Origin: an uncultured bacterium
Lineage (GTDB): Bacteria; Hydrothermota; UBA3073; NMUJ01; CBEVQO01
DNA length: 64,000 nt
Assembly: GCA_965552055.1 (NCBI GenBank)
Contig: CBEVQO010000001.1
Coordinates: 1-64,000 of the forward strand
Direction: 5' to 3'
The notes under the pieces are model-generated. The model was not told the DNA's origin. It searched no databases and was given only the letters and a program-made list of their open reading frames with translations. The number at the start of each line of letters is the position of its first letter. Positions within the stretch are counted from its first letter, which is position 1. Made by a program: the position numbers and the translations under genes. Positions 1 through 10,005 of the stretch are shown one piece after another.

Positions 1-1653
1 CCTCAAATCCTCTGGGAAGATACCCTAATTCCAGGAACAACCTACGGAACATTCAAACCTAAACTCTACATAGAAAATGACACCGTTTTTGCTGGTGGTG
101 GTGGCGGTGGTATAGTAGCTAGAGAACCAGTAATAGCTGTAAAAATATACTTAGCTGATGGATCTAAAGTCCAAAGGAAGCTTATTCATTGGGGATCAAG
201 TGCTGGAATGGGTTTCTGCAGAACTCCAAGCAAAAATCACTTCCTGCTTGGAGACTCTTATGATGATACTCCTCTAATCCTAACTAAGCTATCTCCCAAT
301 CTTGACTCGCTATGGACTAAAACTTATGCTGACTCAGCTAGGGGTAAAGCTATAGCAGCTGATAATCTAGGCAGGATAATTGTTGCTGGCAATGCTCTAA
401 TAGACGGCTTTAAAATGTGGGTAGTTTATTGTTTAGATGAAGATGGTAACATCATTTGGGGTGACACAGTAACTTATGGAGAATGTGGTACAGATTCCCT
501 ATGGCCTAATGATTTTGTCTGGAGTGTAGCATGTGATAAGAGTAATAACATCTACGTTACAGGAACTGTTGATGACTTTGAAGGGAATCCTTATCCAAGA
601 ATAATTAAGTGGAATCCTGAAGGCCAAGTAGAATGGTATTGGGTCTGGTCATATATTGGAACAGCTGATGGTAATCTCAATATATGGAATGGAAAGGGTT
701 ATATAGGAAGAGCACCACCACTTCCGAGCTTCTTCGAAGTAAATCTCCAGACAGGAGAAGTTAAAGGATTATTTGTTCAGACAGCAAGCGGCAAGTGGCC
801 TGGACTTCAAGCAGTACGCAGAGTAGGCCCACCTCAAAGCAGGTCAGCTAATTTTCTCTATGTATGCGGTGTCTGCGGTGATTCAGGTTACATAGCAAAG
901 ACAGACACTCTCGGCAATCTAATCTGGGAATGCTTTATTTATCCTGACTGGATAAGCAACCTAGCTTATGTTGACTTCTACACCTTTAATATTTCTCCTG
1001 ACCAAGCAAGAATAGTTGCTGCCGGCTACATTCATCAAACAACAGCTCCCGCTGTTCGGTACGTAGTCTGCATAAACAACCCTTCAGACACCTTACCACC
1101 GAACCTAACCATTTTTAAACCTCAACCCAATCAAAGCTATGACACACTTAGCTACTTGGTTTACTTGCTAAGCGATTCCACCGGCTATGAAAATCAGGGC
1201 TGGCAGGGAAAGCCCAGAAAACTCGAAATAAAATTGATAAAGAAAGAAGCAGATACATTGATTGATACCATAATAAGTGAGCCATTGAACTTTGCTAAAG
1301 ATTCACTACCACTCGGTCTAACCGCACCAAAAGATACAGGCAACTACAATTTGATAATCAAAGCAACAGACTGGTTCTACAATACAACAAGAAAGGAATT
1401 ATCATTCTCAATAAAAGTATCCACAATTTATGAAACGAGAAAAGAAATCACAAAACTACATTTCAAATCACCTGCAAGGAAATTGATAATCAATCTGGAA
1501 AAACCGGAAAAAATAACAATCTGGGATGTATCAGGAAGAGTGGTAAAGCAATGCTACACCAGAAATCTTATCTTCAAGCCACAAAAATCGGGCATTTTCT
1601 TCTTCAAAATCGAAAACCAGCCCCAAATTCACAAAATAATCCTCATAAAATAA
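1..1653 (+). CDS. Secreted beta-propeller-type protein with C-terminal T9SS-like sorting domain (5' partial)
   Basis: Frame is open from base 1 (PQILWEDTLIPG...), so the true start lies upstream of the window. Propeller-like repeats (WTKTY, KTDTLGNLIW), an Ig-like segment, and a C-terminus (ITIWDVSGRVVK...GIFFFKI...KIILIK) typical of Por/T9SS-type CTDs. Confidence 0.7.
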   Translation, partial: PQILWEDTLIPGTTYGTFKPKLYIENDTVFAGGGGGGIVAREPVIAVKIYLADGSKVQRKLIHWGSSAGMGFCRTPSKNHFLLGDSYDDTPLILTKLSPNLDSLWTKTYADSARGKAIAADNLGRIIVAGNALIDGFKMWVVYCLDEDGNIIWGDTVTYGECGTDSLWPNDFVWSVACDKSNNIYVTGTVDDFEGNPYPRIIKWNPEGQVEWYWVWSYIGTADGNLNIWNGKGYIGRAPPLPSFFEVNLQTGEVKGLFVQTASGKWPGLQAVRRVGPPQSRSANFLYVCGVCGDSGYIAKTDTLGNLIWECFIYPDWISNLAYVDFYTFNISPDQARIVAAGYIHQTTAPAVRYVVCINNPSDTLPPNLTIFKPQPNQSYDTLSYLVYLLSDSTGYENQGWQGKPRKLEIKLIKKEADTLIDTIISEPLNFAKDSLPLGLTAPKDTGNYNLIIKATDWFYNTTRKELSFSIKVSTIYETRKEITKLHFKSPARKLIINLEKPEKITIWDVSGRVVKQCYTRNLIFKPQKSGIFFFKIENQPQIHKIILIK

Positions 1654-1689
1654 AACAATATAAATAAAGCAGGTTATAATCATAAATGC

Positions 1690-1716
1690 TTGACAAAATT
1701 TCATATTGTGTAAAAT
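1690..1716 (+). promoter_or_regulatory. Sigma70-type promoter TTGACA-N15-TAAAAT
   Basis: TTGACA 1690-1695, TAAAAT 1711-1716, GTG start 5 nt later. Confidence 0.75.
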
Positions 1717-1721
1717 AATCT

Positions 1722-2897
1722 GTGAAGTTGTTTTATTTTGCACCGAATACTGTTCAGTTGCCCCGTGCAGACAGTATCTGCATCGTGCAAGCATGTGAAG
1801 GCTTCTCACGAATTAAAGTAAACACCACTATCATAAGTTTATATTGCAGAATAAATAAAAAAGATAAACCTTCTGCTAACTTAAACAAATTATATAATGT
1901 TAAAAATGTAAATTTCATCATCTTACCTTCTTTCACTTTGAAATGGCCATTACAGGGCTTTATCCAGATTTTATCCTCAATTGAGCGCCTGATAAGATAT
2001 TCTCTATTCTCCTTACATCTATTCAGAAAATTCAAAAAAGAAACTGCGATATTTTATGTGAAAAACTTTTCTTTACTTTTTTCGTTTTATCTTTTGCGCA
2101 AAATTTTATCCGCACATTCTATAAAATTAATCTTTGAGATACACAATATAATTATGTGGAAGCCAAAACTTTTCTTTTTGCGTTTTGCCGATAAAATTAT
2201 CGCAAATAATGAATTTATCGGGAAAATTATAAGAGAAAAATTTCCACAAGCCAGGGTAATCGTCGTGCATCAGGGAATAAAAAGCGAATTGCTTACAGAT
2301 GTGAAGCCACACTCTTATTATCGGGAAAAATTAGGCATACCCCTGAATAAAAGAATCGTGGTTTATACCGGTAAAATCGCACCAAAGAAAAAGGAAATTC
2401 ATAATTATATAGAGGTGGCAAAAGAATTTGAAGATTCAAATGTCTTATTTTATCTGGTAGGAGGACGGTCGCAAAATGTAGAGTATTTTAAAAAATATAT
2501 AAAAAAGAAGGGCATCAGAAATATTGTATTTACTGGTTTCGTTTACGCTCCTCTTGTTTATTATTACCAGAGGGCAGCGGATATTTTACTTTTATGTTAT
2601 GATAAAACAGAATGCAATTCGCTATCTCCCCGTTCACCCACAAAACTTTTTGAATATATGAGCGCATGTCGCCCTATAATAACTACTCCTTGCCCGGGTG
2701 TTGACGAAATTTTAAAGGACGGCGAAAATGCTTTATTTGTCCCCTTTGGTGATATAAACGCTTTAAAAAAGGCAATCGAGAAGTTATTAAATGATGATAA
2801 GTTATCGAGAAAATTAGCTCAAAATGCAAGAAAATTAGTAGAAAATTATACCTGGGAAAAGAGAGCGCAGAAAATCATTGAATTTGTCTTCGATTAA
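1722..2897 (+). CDS. Glycosyltransferase family 4 (GT-B)
   Basis: SPTKLFEYMSACRPII motif; YTWEKRA C-terminus. Confidence 0.9.
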   Translation: MKLFYFAPNTVQLPRADSICIVQACEGFSRIKVNTTIISLYCRINKKDKPSANLNKLYNVKNVNFIILPSFTLKWPLQGFIQILSSIERLIRYSLFSLHLFRKFKKETAIFYVKNFSLLFSFYLLRKILSAHSIKLIFEIHNIIMWKPKLFFLRFADKIIANNEFIGKIIREKFPQARVIVVHQGIKSELLTDVKPHSYYREKLGIPLNKRIVVYTGKIAPKKKEIHNYIEVAKEFEDSNVLFYLVGGRSQNVEYFKKYIKKKGIRNIVFTGFVYAPLVYYYQRAADILLLCYDKTECNSLSPRSPTKLFEYMSACRPIITTPCPGVDEILKDGENALFVPFGDINALKKAIEKLLNDDKLSRKLAQNARKLVENYTWEKRAQKIIEFVFD

Positions 2898-2904
2898 AAA
2901 TCCA

Positions 2905-3633
2905 CTAATAGGTTACCATTCCGCCGTCAACATTTATCACCTGACCTGTTATATACGATGCCTCGTCGGATGCAAGGAATGCTACAAGGTTCGCAACATC
3001 GTCAGGTGTGCCTGCTCTTCCAGCCGGTATTATCTCCATATATTTTTTCTTGACATCATCCGGTAATTTTGCGGTCATCTCTGTTTCTATGTAACCAGGT
3101 GCTATGGCATTGCATGTTATTCCTCTTTTCGCTACTTCTTTTGCAACGGATTTAGTAAAACCAAGAATCCCTGCTTTTGATGCTGCATAATTCGCCTGTC
3201 CTGCATTACCCATAATTCCTATAACAGAAGATATGTTTATTATCCTTCCCCAGCGTTTCTTTATCATACCGGATAGATATACTTTTGTGCAATTGAAAAC
3301 ACCCTTTAAATTAACGGCAATAACTTTATCCCAATCTGCTTCTGTCATTCTCAGTAAAAGTTTGTCTATTGTTATTCCTGCATTGTTTACAAGTATATCG
3401 ATATCTCCTGTTTCTTTTGCCATGTTTTCAACTTCAGAATAATTCGATATATCCGCTTTTACGAACTTCACTTCGCCAATTTGTGATAACTCTTTTTCGG
3501 TTTTCTTTCCTGCTTCTTCGTTTATATCCACGATGTAAACTTTTGCACCTTCTTTGAGAAAGCGCTCGGTGATAGCTCTTCCTATGCCCCTGGCTCCACC
3601 TGTAACAAGGCAAACTTTACCTTTAAAACGCAT
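2905..3633 (-). CDS. fabG: 3-oxoacyl-ACP reductase
   Basis: TGGARGIG, NNAGIT, YAASK and DGGM motifs. Confidence 0.93.
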   Translation of the reverse strand: MRFKGKVCLVTGGARGIGRAITERFLKEGAKVYIVDINEEAGKKTEKELSQIGEVKFVKADISNYSEVENMAKETGDIDILVNNAGITIDKLLLRMTEADWDKVIAVNLKGVFNCTKVYLSGMIKKRWGRIINISSVIGIMGNAGQANYAASKAGILGFTKSVAKEVAKRGITCNAIAPGYIETEMTAKLPDDVKKKYMEIIPAGRAGTPDDVANLVAFLASDEASYITGQVINVDGGMVTY

Positions 3634-3642
3634 AACCCCTCC

Positions 3643-4530
3643 TTACTTCCTCGCAAAGATATCAGCAAGTTTACATTTAATAAGGTCTTCGGGAATGTTA
3701 TGCCTTATACCCCAGTAAATACCTTCAACATCCTTAATCATGCCGATTACTCTGCCTTTTTCATCTATTTCTTTCAATTTTTCTTTTAGATTCCACAGCA
3801 ATAGATGTAAAAATTCTTCCAAATCCTCTATCTCACCCAATATTTGCAACTTCTTTCTTACATCTGCTTCAATGAATTTCCTCACCATTTGATTTAGTGC
3901 AAGTAATTCACCCGATGCTATCTTCAAAGCGATATCAAGTCGCCCCTGTGAAATGCTGGCTATATCTTCTGCATAAGCACTTACCATATTCAGATTATCT
4001 TCAAGGTATTTCTTTATCTCTTCTTTTTTCAATTTCCTGAATCTTATTTTCTGGCATCTTGATATTATTGTTGGATAAAGTCCAAAAATGTTTCTTGTTA
4101 TCAGAATAAAAGTTGTATCCGAAGGTGGTTCTTCCAGTGTCTTAAGGAATGCATTTTGTGCTTCTCTATTCATCTTTTCTGCTTCCCTTATTATTACAAA
4201 ACGCCTCTTTAAATGCACTTTTTTAAATCCTACTTCTTTTTTTATATCCCTTATAGTATCAATTTTTATCTGGTCGGTATCTTCAGGTTCAACAATTTTA
4301 AAATCGGGAGTCCTTTTTTCATCTATCAATCTGCAATTTCTGCATTTATCGCAAAAATCCCATTCTTTTTCGAGACAATTCACTGCTTTTGCGAAAGCAA
4401 CAGCCACTAAAAATTTACCAACACCATCTTCGCCGTAAAATAAATAAGCGTTGGGTATTTTATTGTTTCTCATTGCATTCAAAAGTATTTTTTTAGCGAG
4501 CTCCTGACCTATTATTTTATTGAAACTCAT
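3643..4530 (-). CDS. holB: DNA polymerase III delta' subunit
   Basis: LFYGEDGVGK, C-x6-C-x2-C-x2-C zinc site, NAFLKTLEEPP, TIISRC. Confidence 0.9.
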   Translation of the reverse strand: MSFNKIIGQELAKKILLNAMRNNKIPNAYLFYGEDGVGKFLVAVAFAKAVNCLEKEWDFCDKCRNCRLIDEKRTPDFKIVEPEDTDQIKIDTIRDIKKEVGFKKVHLKRRFVIIREAEKMNREAQNAFLKTLEEPPSDTTFILITRNIFGLYPTIISRCQKIRFRKLKKEEIKKYLEDNLNMVSAYAEDIASISQGRLDIALKIASGELLALNQMVRKFIEADVRKKLQILGEIEDLEEFLHLLLWNLKEKLKEIDEKGRVIGMIKDVEGIYWGIRHNIPEDLIKCKLADIFARK

Positions 4531-5582
4531 CGCAGATACAAAAGCGGGTCAACGGCTTTACCTCTGTCACGCAATTCAAAATGCAGACAGGGGCGGTCAG
4601 CTGCTCCTGTATCCCCCACCTCACCTATAACATCGCCCTTCTTAACCCTATCTCCGTATTTCACATAAATATCCGCAAGATGAGCATAAAGCGAGAAGAA
4701 ACCATTTTGATGGTCTATCAAAATTATTTTACCATAACCAAGAAAAATACCTGTGTGCACTATCACTCCATCTGCACATGCACGAACAGGCGCACCATAA
4801 TCAGCTGCTATATCTATACCTTTATTAACAAGTACTGTACCATATCTCTTATCATAAATCTTTCCAAATTTCCTTATAATTTCACCTTTAACCGGCCATA
4901 TTATCGCAAAATGGCGAACCCTTCTATATTTCCTTTGCATCTTCTCTTTTATCAACTTCTCTAATTTGCTACGCTCCGAAAGTAATTCTTTCAACAATTT
5001 TTCCTTTTGAGACCTCTGACTTCTTATTTTCTTCAACAAATATGATTTCCTTTTCCTTTGCTTTTTTATCAATGCATATTCGCGTTCCAGTTTTCTACGG
5101 GTTTCTTTCAATTTTCTTAGTTTTTCGGAACTAACTTTAATGACAGTTCTTAAAGAATCCCTTCTCATTTTAAGCCGTGTAATTTTCCTGTAGTCATACT
5201 CCATCATTATCTCTAATAATTTTATCCTCATTTCTTCTTCTCCATTTAGTTTACTTTTGTAAAGTAGCAGTAATTTATCTGAAAGCAAATTTTTATATTG
5301 CTGTAGTTTATCCTGCAAAGAGAAATCTCTTTTATCGAGTGTTTCTAATTCTTTTTTCAATTTTTGCTCTTCTCTTTTTAATTTTTTTACTCTTTTTTGT
5401 GCCCGTTCAATGGTTTTGTCGATTCTTCTTAATTCGGCTAACAATTTTGTCTCTTTTTCTCTTAATTTTTTTTGTTCCTTCTTCGTTTCTATGATTTTCT
5501 TCTTTATTTGCTCAAGTTCTTTTTCTGGCTCTTTTGCCAGCAGTATTAAAGGCACTATCAAAAGAATTCCGGAGCTTCTCAT
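4527..5582 (-). CDS. EnvC-like coiled-coil M23 peptidase / murein hydrolase activator
   Basis: Signal peptide, long coiled coil, NKGIDI...YAHL...LHFELR M23 domain with a degenerate first zinc ligand. Confidence 0.85.
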   Translation of the reverse strand: MRSSGILLIVPLILLAKEPEKELEQIKKKIIETKKEQKKLREKETKLLAELRRIDKTIERAQKRVKKLKREEQKLKKELETLDKRDFSLQDKLQQYKNLLSDKLLLLYKSKLNGEEEMRIKLLEIMMEYDYRKITRLKMRRDSLRTVIKVSSEKLRKLKETRRKLEREYALIKKQRKRKSYLLKKIRSQRSQKEKLLKELLSERSKLEKLIKEKMQRKYRRVRHFAIIWPVKGEIIRKFGKIYDKRYGTVLVNKGIDIAADYGAPVRACADGVIVHTGIFLGYGKIILIDHQNGFFSLYAHLADIYVKYGDRVKKGDVIGEVGDTGAADRPCLHFELRDRGKAVDPLLYLR

Positions 5583-6061
5583 CCTTTAAATTTTATCTTA
5601 AACAGGTTTTCTTTTAAATTCTCATTATAGCGGACATCTTTAAATTTATAAATAATTTCTTCCTCTGTGATAATTTCTTTTATCTCGGGTATTCCCTTAC
5701 TTTTTTTTACATCAAATTGCATAACGAATTGATATTCGTCTGGCATTGTTATTCTGTATTTTCTTTTACCGATTTTCATAACCTTTGCGAATTCCCATGA
5801 GCTGAGAAAATACTCCACAGGATTTTCTTCAAGGGGACTTTCTGAAATTATAGTATCTTCTCCGATAATTTGACAAAAATCATTTCTGTTAAAGATTAAA
5901 ATTTGTCTCTGTGGATAATGGATATCTATTCGCAGCTTATCGGGGCGCTTTGAGTAAATTACACCATAAATTGTATCTTCATCTTCAATTTGATAAAAAT
6001 GAGCATAAAATGTTTTTATCTGGGATAGGAAATCGAGAACCATTATTAAAGCAATCACCAT
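5579..6061 (-). CDS. LolA-like outer-membrane lipoprotein carrier protein
   Basis: TFYAHFYQ, KRPDKLRIDIHYP and N..L..NLF pattern of the LolA fold. Confidence 0.65.
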   Translation of the reverse strand: MVIALIMVLDFLSQIKTFYAHFYQIEDEDTIYGVIYSKRPDKLRIDIHYPQRQILIFNRNDFCQIIGEDTIISESPLEENPVEYFLSSWEFAKVMKIGKRKYRITMPDEYQFVMQFDVKKSKGIPEIKEIITEEEIIYKFKDVRYNENLKENLFKIKFKG

Positions 6062-6186
6062 ATCTGCGTGCTCACACCCTCTCTTATAATACTTTCTGAT
6101 TCTGCTTCAAAACCAGAGTTCGCGAGTCCAGAAGTATTAACGCTTTTCTCCTTTACTTTTATCTCTATCTCCAATCTTAACGCCAT
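6055..6186 (-). pseudogene. 43-aa ORF, possible internally deleted retropepsin-like protein
   Basis: Read by hand: MALRLEIEIKVKEKSVNTSGLANSGFEAESESIIREGVSTQIW*, with GAGG upstream and stop overlapping the lolA-like ATG. ANSGFE resembles a clan AA-type motif. Confidence 0.4.
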
Positions 6187-6234
6187 AGCGCCTCTGTAAA
6201 TAACTTTTCTCTATCATATAACCTATGAATCTTC

Positions 6235-7284
6235 TCATTCTGTATCGAGTTCTTCCTGCAACTTATCTATTATTTCATCGAGTTCGCCTTCCAGAATTTC
6301 TTCAAGTTTATAGAGTGTCAATCCTATTCTGTGGTCTGTAACTCTATTTTGCATAAAGTTATATGTTCTTATTTTTTCTGCTCTCTCACCTTCTCCAACC
6401 TGTTCACGCCTCATCTTTTGTTCTTTCTCATGTTCTTCCTTCAATTTTTTCTCATACAATCTTGCGTATAAAATCCGCAATGCTTTTTGCTTATTTTGAT
6501 ACTGTGAGCGCTCATCCTGGCAGCTAACCGTAATACCCGTTGGTATATGCACAACTCTCACAGCAGTCACTGCTTTGTTAACATATTGACCACCATGACC
6601 CGATGCCTTAAAAGTATCTATCCTTATATCATTTGGATTTATCTGTATTTCGACCTTCGTTGGCTCAGGTAGCACCGCCACACTCGCAGTAGATGTGTGT
6701 ATCCTGCCACTGCTCTCTGTAACAGGTACTCTTTGCACTCTATGGACTCCGCTTTCGAATCTCAATCTTTCATAAGCATCTTTACCTTTTACCGCGAAAA
6801 TGACTTCTTTGTAACCGCCTATACCTGTTTTGTGTTCGCTTAAAATTTCAACATCCCAGCCTTTTTTCTCAGCATACTTCAAATACATTCTGAAGAGGTC
6901 AAGAGCAAATAGAGATGCTTCATCACCACCTGCACAAGCCCTTATCTCCATAACAACATTACCGGTGCCTATTTTTTTCTTCCTCAATAAATTCTTAATC
7001 TCCCTTTCTATTTTTTGAAGATTCTCCTTTAAATCTTCAATTTCTTCCTTCGCCACTTTTATTAGTTCTTCGTCATCTCCTGTTTCAATTATCTCCTCAT
7101 CTTCTTTTATCTGCTTTTTTATTTTCTTGTATTCTTCATATAAATTTTGCAACTGAAATAATTTTTTTTGCTCTTTTGATAGTTCTGCGAATTCCTCCTG
7201 TGTTAAATTTTTTGGATTTTGCAATTTTTCTGTTATTTCTTTAAGTTTTTCGAGAGCCGAATTTATTTTTTCTTCGATATTCAT
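6235..7284 (-). CDS. prfA: Peptide chain release factor 1
   Basis: PVT anticodon-mimic motif, GGQ, IRTYNF. Confidence 0.96.
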   Translation of the reverse strand: MNIEEKINSALEKLKEITEKLQNPKNLTQEEFAELSKEQKKLFQLQNLYEEYKKIKKQIKEDEEIIETGDDEELIKVAKEEIEDLKENLQKIEREIKNLLRKKKIGTGNVVMEIRACAGGDEASLFALDLFRMYLKYAEKKGWDVEILSEHKTGIGGYKEVIFAVKGKDAYERLRFESGVHRVQRVPVTESSGRIHTSTASVAVLPEPTKVEIQINPNDIRIDTFKASGHGGQYVNKAVTAVRVVHIPTGITVSCQDERSQYQNKQKALRILYARLYEKKLKEEHEKEQKMRREQVGEGERAEKIRTYNFMQNRVTDHRIGLTLYKLEEILEGELDEIIDKLQEELDTE

Positions 7285-7955
7285 TGTAATAATTTTTGAA
7301 ATAAAGGCAACAAATCCTGAAATTTTTCCACCTTATAATCTGCGTATTTTGATTCTCCTTTGCCTATCATCACGGTTGTGAAGCCCATTTCCTTTGCAGG
7401 TTTCATATCGTATTCTTCCATATCACCGACATAAAGCGCTTCTTCGGGTTTAACTTCTGCTCTCCTCAGTGCTTCTTCAAATATCCTTTTATCGGGTTTT
7501 GAAATACCAAAACCTTCCGATGTAACGATAGTATCAAAAAATTCTAAAATGCCATGCCGGTCAAGTTCCAAAAACAAAAATTCATCATCAATATTTGAGA
7601 TTATACCAAGATGAAAACCTTTTGATTTCACAAATTTTAATACATCAGGTACTCCTTCGTAAATCCTGCAATATAATCTGTGCATTCTATAATACCAGAA
7701 GTTTATCAAATATACTTCTTCATCCGTTAATTTTCTGTTTATCACTTTTTCAACCGCATTTCTGAATCTTTTTCTCGCGGATATCCATTTTTCCGTAACG
7801 GGTTCATATTCGAAAAAGTTTTTCAACAATTCTTCCGGAGTTATCTTCAACTTAAATTTATCTATTATAAGGCGTGCAATCTCATCATGTGCCTTCTTAT
7901 CCGATTGCAAATCCATTATAGTCCCACCATAATCAAAGAATACCGCTTTTATCAC
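7281..7955 (-). CDS. HAD-superfamily hydrolase
   Basis: FFDYGGT (motif I), SN, KPD, VGD...D. Confidence 0.88.
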   Translation of the reverse strand: MIKAVFFDYGGTIMDLQSDKKAHDEIARLIIDKFKLKITPEELLKNFFEYEPVTEKWISARKRFRNAVEKVINRKLTDEEVYLINFWYYRMHRLYCRIYEGVPDVLKFVKSKGFHLGIISNIDDEFLFLELDRHGILEFFDTIVTSEGFGISKPDKRIFEEALRRAEVKPEEALYVGDMEEYDMKPAKEMGFTTVMIGKGESKYADYKVEKFQDLLPLFQKLLQ

Positions 7956-7964
7956 CTCACCCCC

Positions 7965-9056
7965 TTATACCTTTCCACCTTTAAAAATTTCAACATCCAA
8001 TTCGGGTGGCTTAAATTTAAATTTTTTATAACTCCTTTTACCTATTTTTACTTTTATCTTTTTCTTTTTCCCTTTTCTTAAAATCAACATATCAACTTCT
8101 TCATCGGGATGCTCTTTTATCAACTTTGTTAGTTCTTCAACCGAATTTATTTTTTCGCCATTAAATTCAAGGATTATATCCCCTTCTTTTAATCCTGCTT
8201 TTTCTGCGGGAGAATTTTCTTCTACTTTTTCAATTATCACACCGTAATCTATATCGAGTGCAGATTTTAAAGCATCATCTAAATCTTTGAGCCATACACC
8301 TAAATATCCTTTTTCCTCTTTCTCGGGCTCTATTTTTATCTCATATCTGTATTTATACTGCTTCCTTTTGCCGATTTTCACTTTTATTTCTTTCTTTTTG
8401 CCTCTTCTTATTATTAAAATTTTTACCTTTTTCCCTGCTTTATCTTCTATTGCTTCTTCGAGGTCATTTTCGGAATTTATTTCTTTATCATTTATTTTTT
8501 GTATTATATCACCGATTTTTATACCTGCTTCATCTGCTGGTGAGCCAACCACCACATCTTCAACGAGCACACCTTTATCAACACCAAGACATGTTTTCAA
8601 AGCATCATCAAGCTCCCTTACCTTTACTCCAAGATAAGCAACTTCTTCCTCTACCTTTTCAAATCCACCAAAACGCTTATGCTTAAAAATATCGAAAAAT
8701 TCTTTAAAAAAGTCAAAGGGAAATTCGGGGAATTCGGGAAATTCGGGATACTCCTCTTCTTCTAAAATTGCCTTTACATTTATATCTTTGCCTTTCCTTT
8801 TTATAAAGATAGTAACCGTATCGCCTTCTTCTTTTTCCCCAACATAATCACGCAAATCATCCACATCTTCTATCTCTTCGTCATCTATTTTATAAATTAT
8901 ATCGCCCTTCTTTATGCCTGCTTTTTCAGCAGGAGAATCCTCAATCACTTCTTTAACAACAACTCCGTGCTCTATTCCGAGTGCATCATAAAGAGCATCA
9001 GGAATATCCTGAACCCTGACTCCAAGGAAAGCAAATATGAGGAACATGGCAAGCAT
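7965..9056 (-). CDS. Secreted triple-PDZ-domain protein
   Basis: Three LGV...SPAEKAG.K.GDII repeats, short signal peptide, no protease domain. Confidence 0.85.
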   Translation of the reverse strand: MLAMFLIFAFLGVRVQDIPDALYDALGIEHGVVVKEVIEDSPAEKAGIKKGDIIYKIDDEEIEDVDDLRDYVGEKEEGDTVTIFIKRKGKDINVKAILEEEEYPEFPEFPEFPFDFFKEFFDIFKHKRFGGFEKVEEEVAYLGVKVRELDDALKTCLGVDKGVLVEDVVVGSPADEAGIKIGDIIQKINDKEINSENDLEEAIEDKAGKKVKILIIRRGKKKEIKVKIGKRKQYKYRYEIKIEPEKEEKGYLGVWLKDLDDALKSALDIDYGVIIEKVEENSPAEKAGLKEGDIILEFNGEKINSVEELTKLIKEHPDEEVDMLILRKGKKKKIKVKIGKRSYKKFKFKPPELDVEIFKGGKV

Positions 9057-9074
9057 AACCCCTCCTACTTTATT

Positions 9075-9101
9075 ATTTTAATCATAAAGCACTTTTGTCA
9101 A
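9075..9101 (-). promoter_or_regulatory. Promoter TTGACA-N15-TAAAAT (PDZ operon)
   Basis: Minus strand TTGACA 9101-9096, TAAAAT 9080-9075, followed by AGGAGG SD. Confidence 0.75.
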
Positions 9102-9112
9102 GCATACATTTA

Positions 9113-9139
9113 TTGACAAAGATAAATTTTGGTTATTTT
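9113..9139 (+). promoter_or_regulatory. Promoter TTGACA-N15-TATTTT
   Basis: TTGACA 9113-9118, TATTTT 9134-9139, GTG 5 nt later. Confidence 0.65.
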
Positions 9140-9144
9140 CAATT

Positions 9145-10005
9145 GTGATAAAATTTTCGATAATCATCCCGCATCATAAAAATCCGGAGAATTTAAAAGA
9201 ATTGCTTAACTCATTAAAAACACAAAATAATTTTGAAATTATAATCGTAAACAATGCTTCAAATACAAACTTTTCTTTTCTCAGAAATTATCCTTTAAAA
9301 ATCAAGCTTTTAAATTTAAGCAAGAACAAAGGTTTTGCCGGTGGCGTAAATGCAGGCTTGAATGTGTGCACAGGCGAATGGATTGTAATAACAAATGACG
9401 ATGTGGTATTTTCAAAAAATTTCTTTAAAATTCTTAATAAACTTGTTGAAACCAAAAAAGAGATTAAAGTAATTGCCCCATTAGTTTTGAATTATTATAA
9501 CAAAAATGTTATAGATTCGTGCGGGATTCATTATCCTTTGAATTGTCGTCCTTATAACATTGGACATGGTGAAAAGCTATCTGCTGAATTTTTAAAAGAA
9601 AGATGGGTGATGGGCTTTACGGGTGCATGTGCTGTTATAAAAAGAGAAATTTTAATGAAAGAAAAATTTGATGAAAGTTTTTTCTGCTATTTTGAAGATG
9701 TAGATTTATCTCTCAGGTTATACAAAAAAGGCATAAAAACCTATTTTTCACCTGATTTAAAAGTTTATCACAAAGAAGGTTCCACAATTTCATCAAATCC
9801 CGGCTTAAAAGTATTTTTGATTTCGCGGAATAAAATCTGGACGATTTACAAGAATTTTAGCTTTTTTGAAATTTTAAAGAGGAGTCCTTTTATTTTCTGG
9901 GGATTGGTTCAAAGTGCTGGCTATCATTTTTTGATTTCGGATAAATTTCTGGAGTTTCTTACCGGCACTTTATCTGGCTTTCTTTATCCTTTAAAAGTGC
10001 TGTGA
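9145..10005 (+). CDS. Glycosyltransferase family 2
   Basis: SIIIP, NKGFAGGVN, NDD, FCYFEDVDL motifs. Confidence 0.9.
   Translation: MIKFSIIIPHHKNPENLKELLNSLKTQNNFEIIIVNNASNTNFSFLRNYPLKIKLLNLSKNKGFAGGVNAGLNVCTGEWIVITNDDVVFSKNFFKILNKLVETKKEIKVIAPLVLNYYNKNVIDSCGIHYPLNCRPYNIGHGEKLSAEFLKERWVMGFTGACAVIKREILMKEKFDESFFCYFEDVDLSLRLYKKGIKTYFSPDLKVYHKEGSTISSNPGLKVFLISRNKIWTIYKNFSFFEILKRSPFIFWGLVQSAGYHFLISDKFLEFLTGTLSGFLYPLKVL

Noticed and set aside
313..327. TGGACTAAAACTTAT (WTKTY) shared between the first ORF and the propeller repeats
   Set aside because: The match is only 15 nt and the flanks are unrelated; it is explained by a shared fold motif rather than recent exchange.
6137..6238. 33-aa ORF MRRFIGYMIEK... 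overlapping the prfA stop
   Set aside because: It has no recognisable motif and overlaps the better-supported 43-aa remnant.
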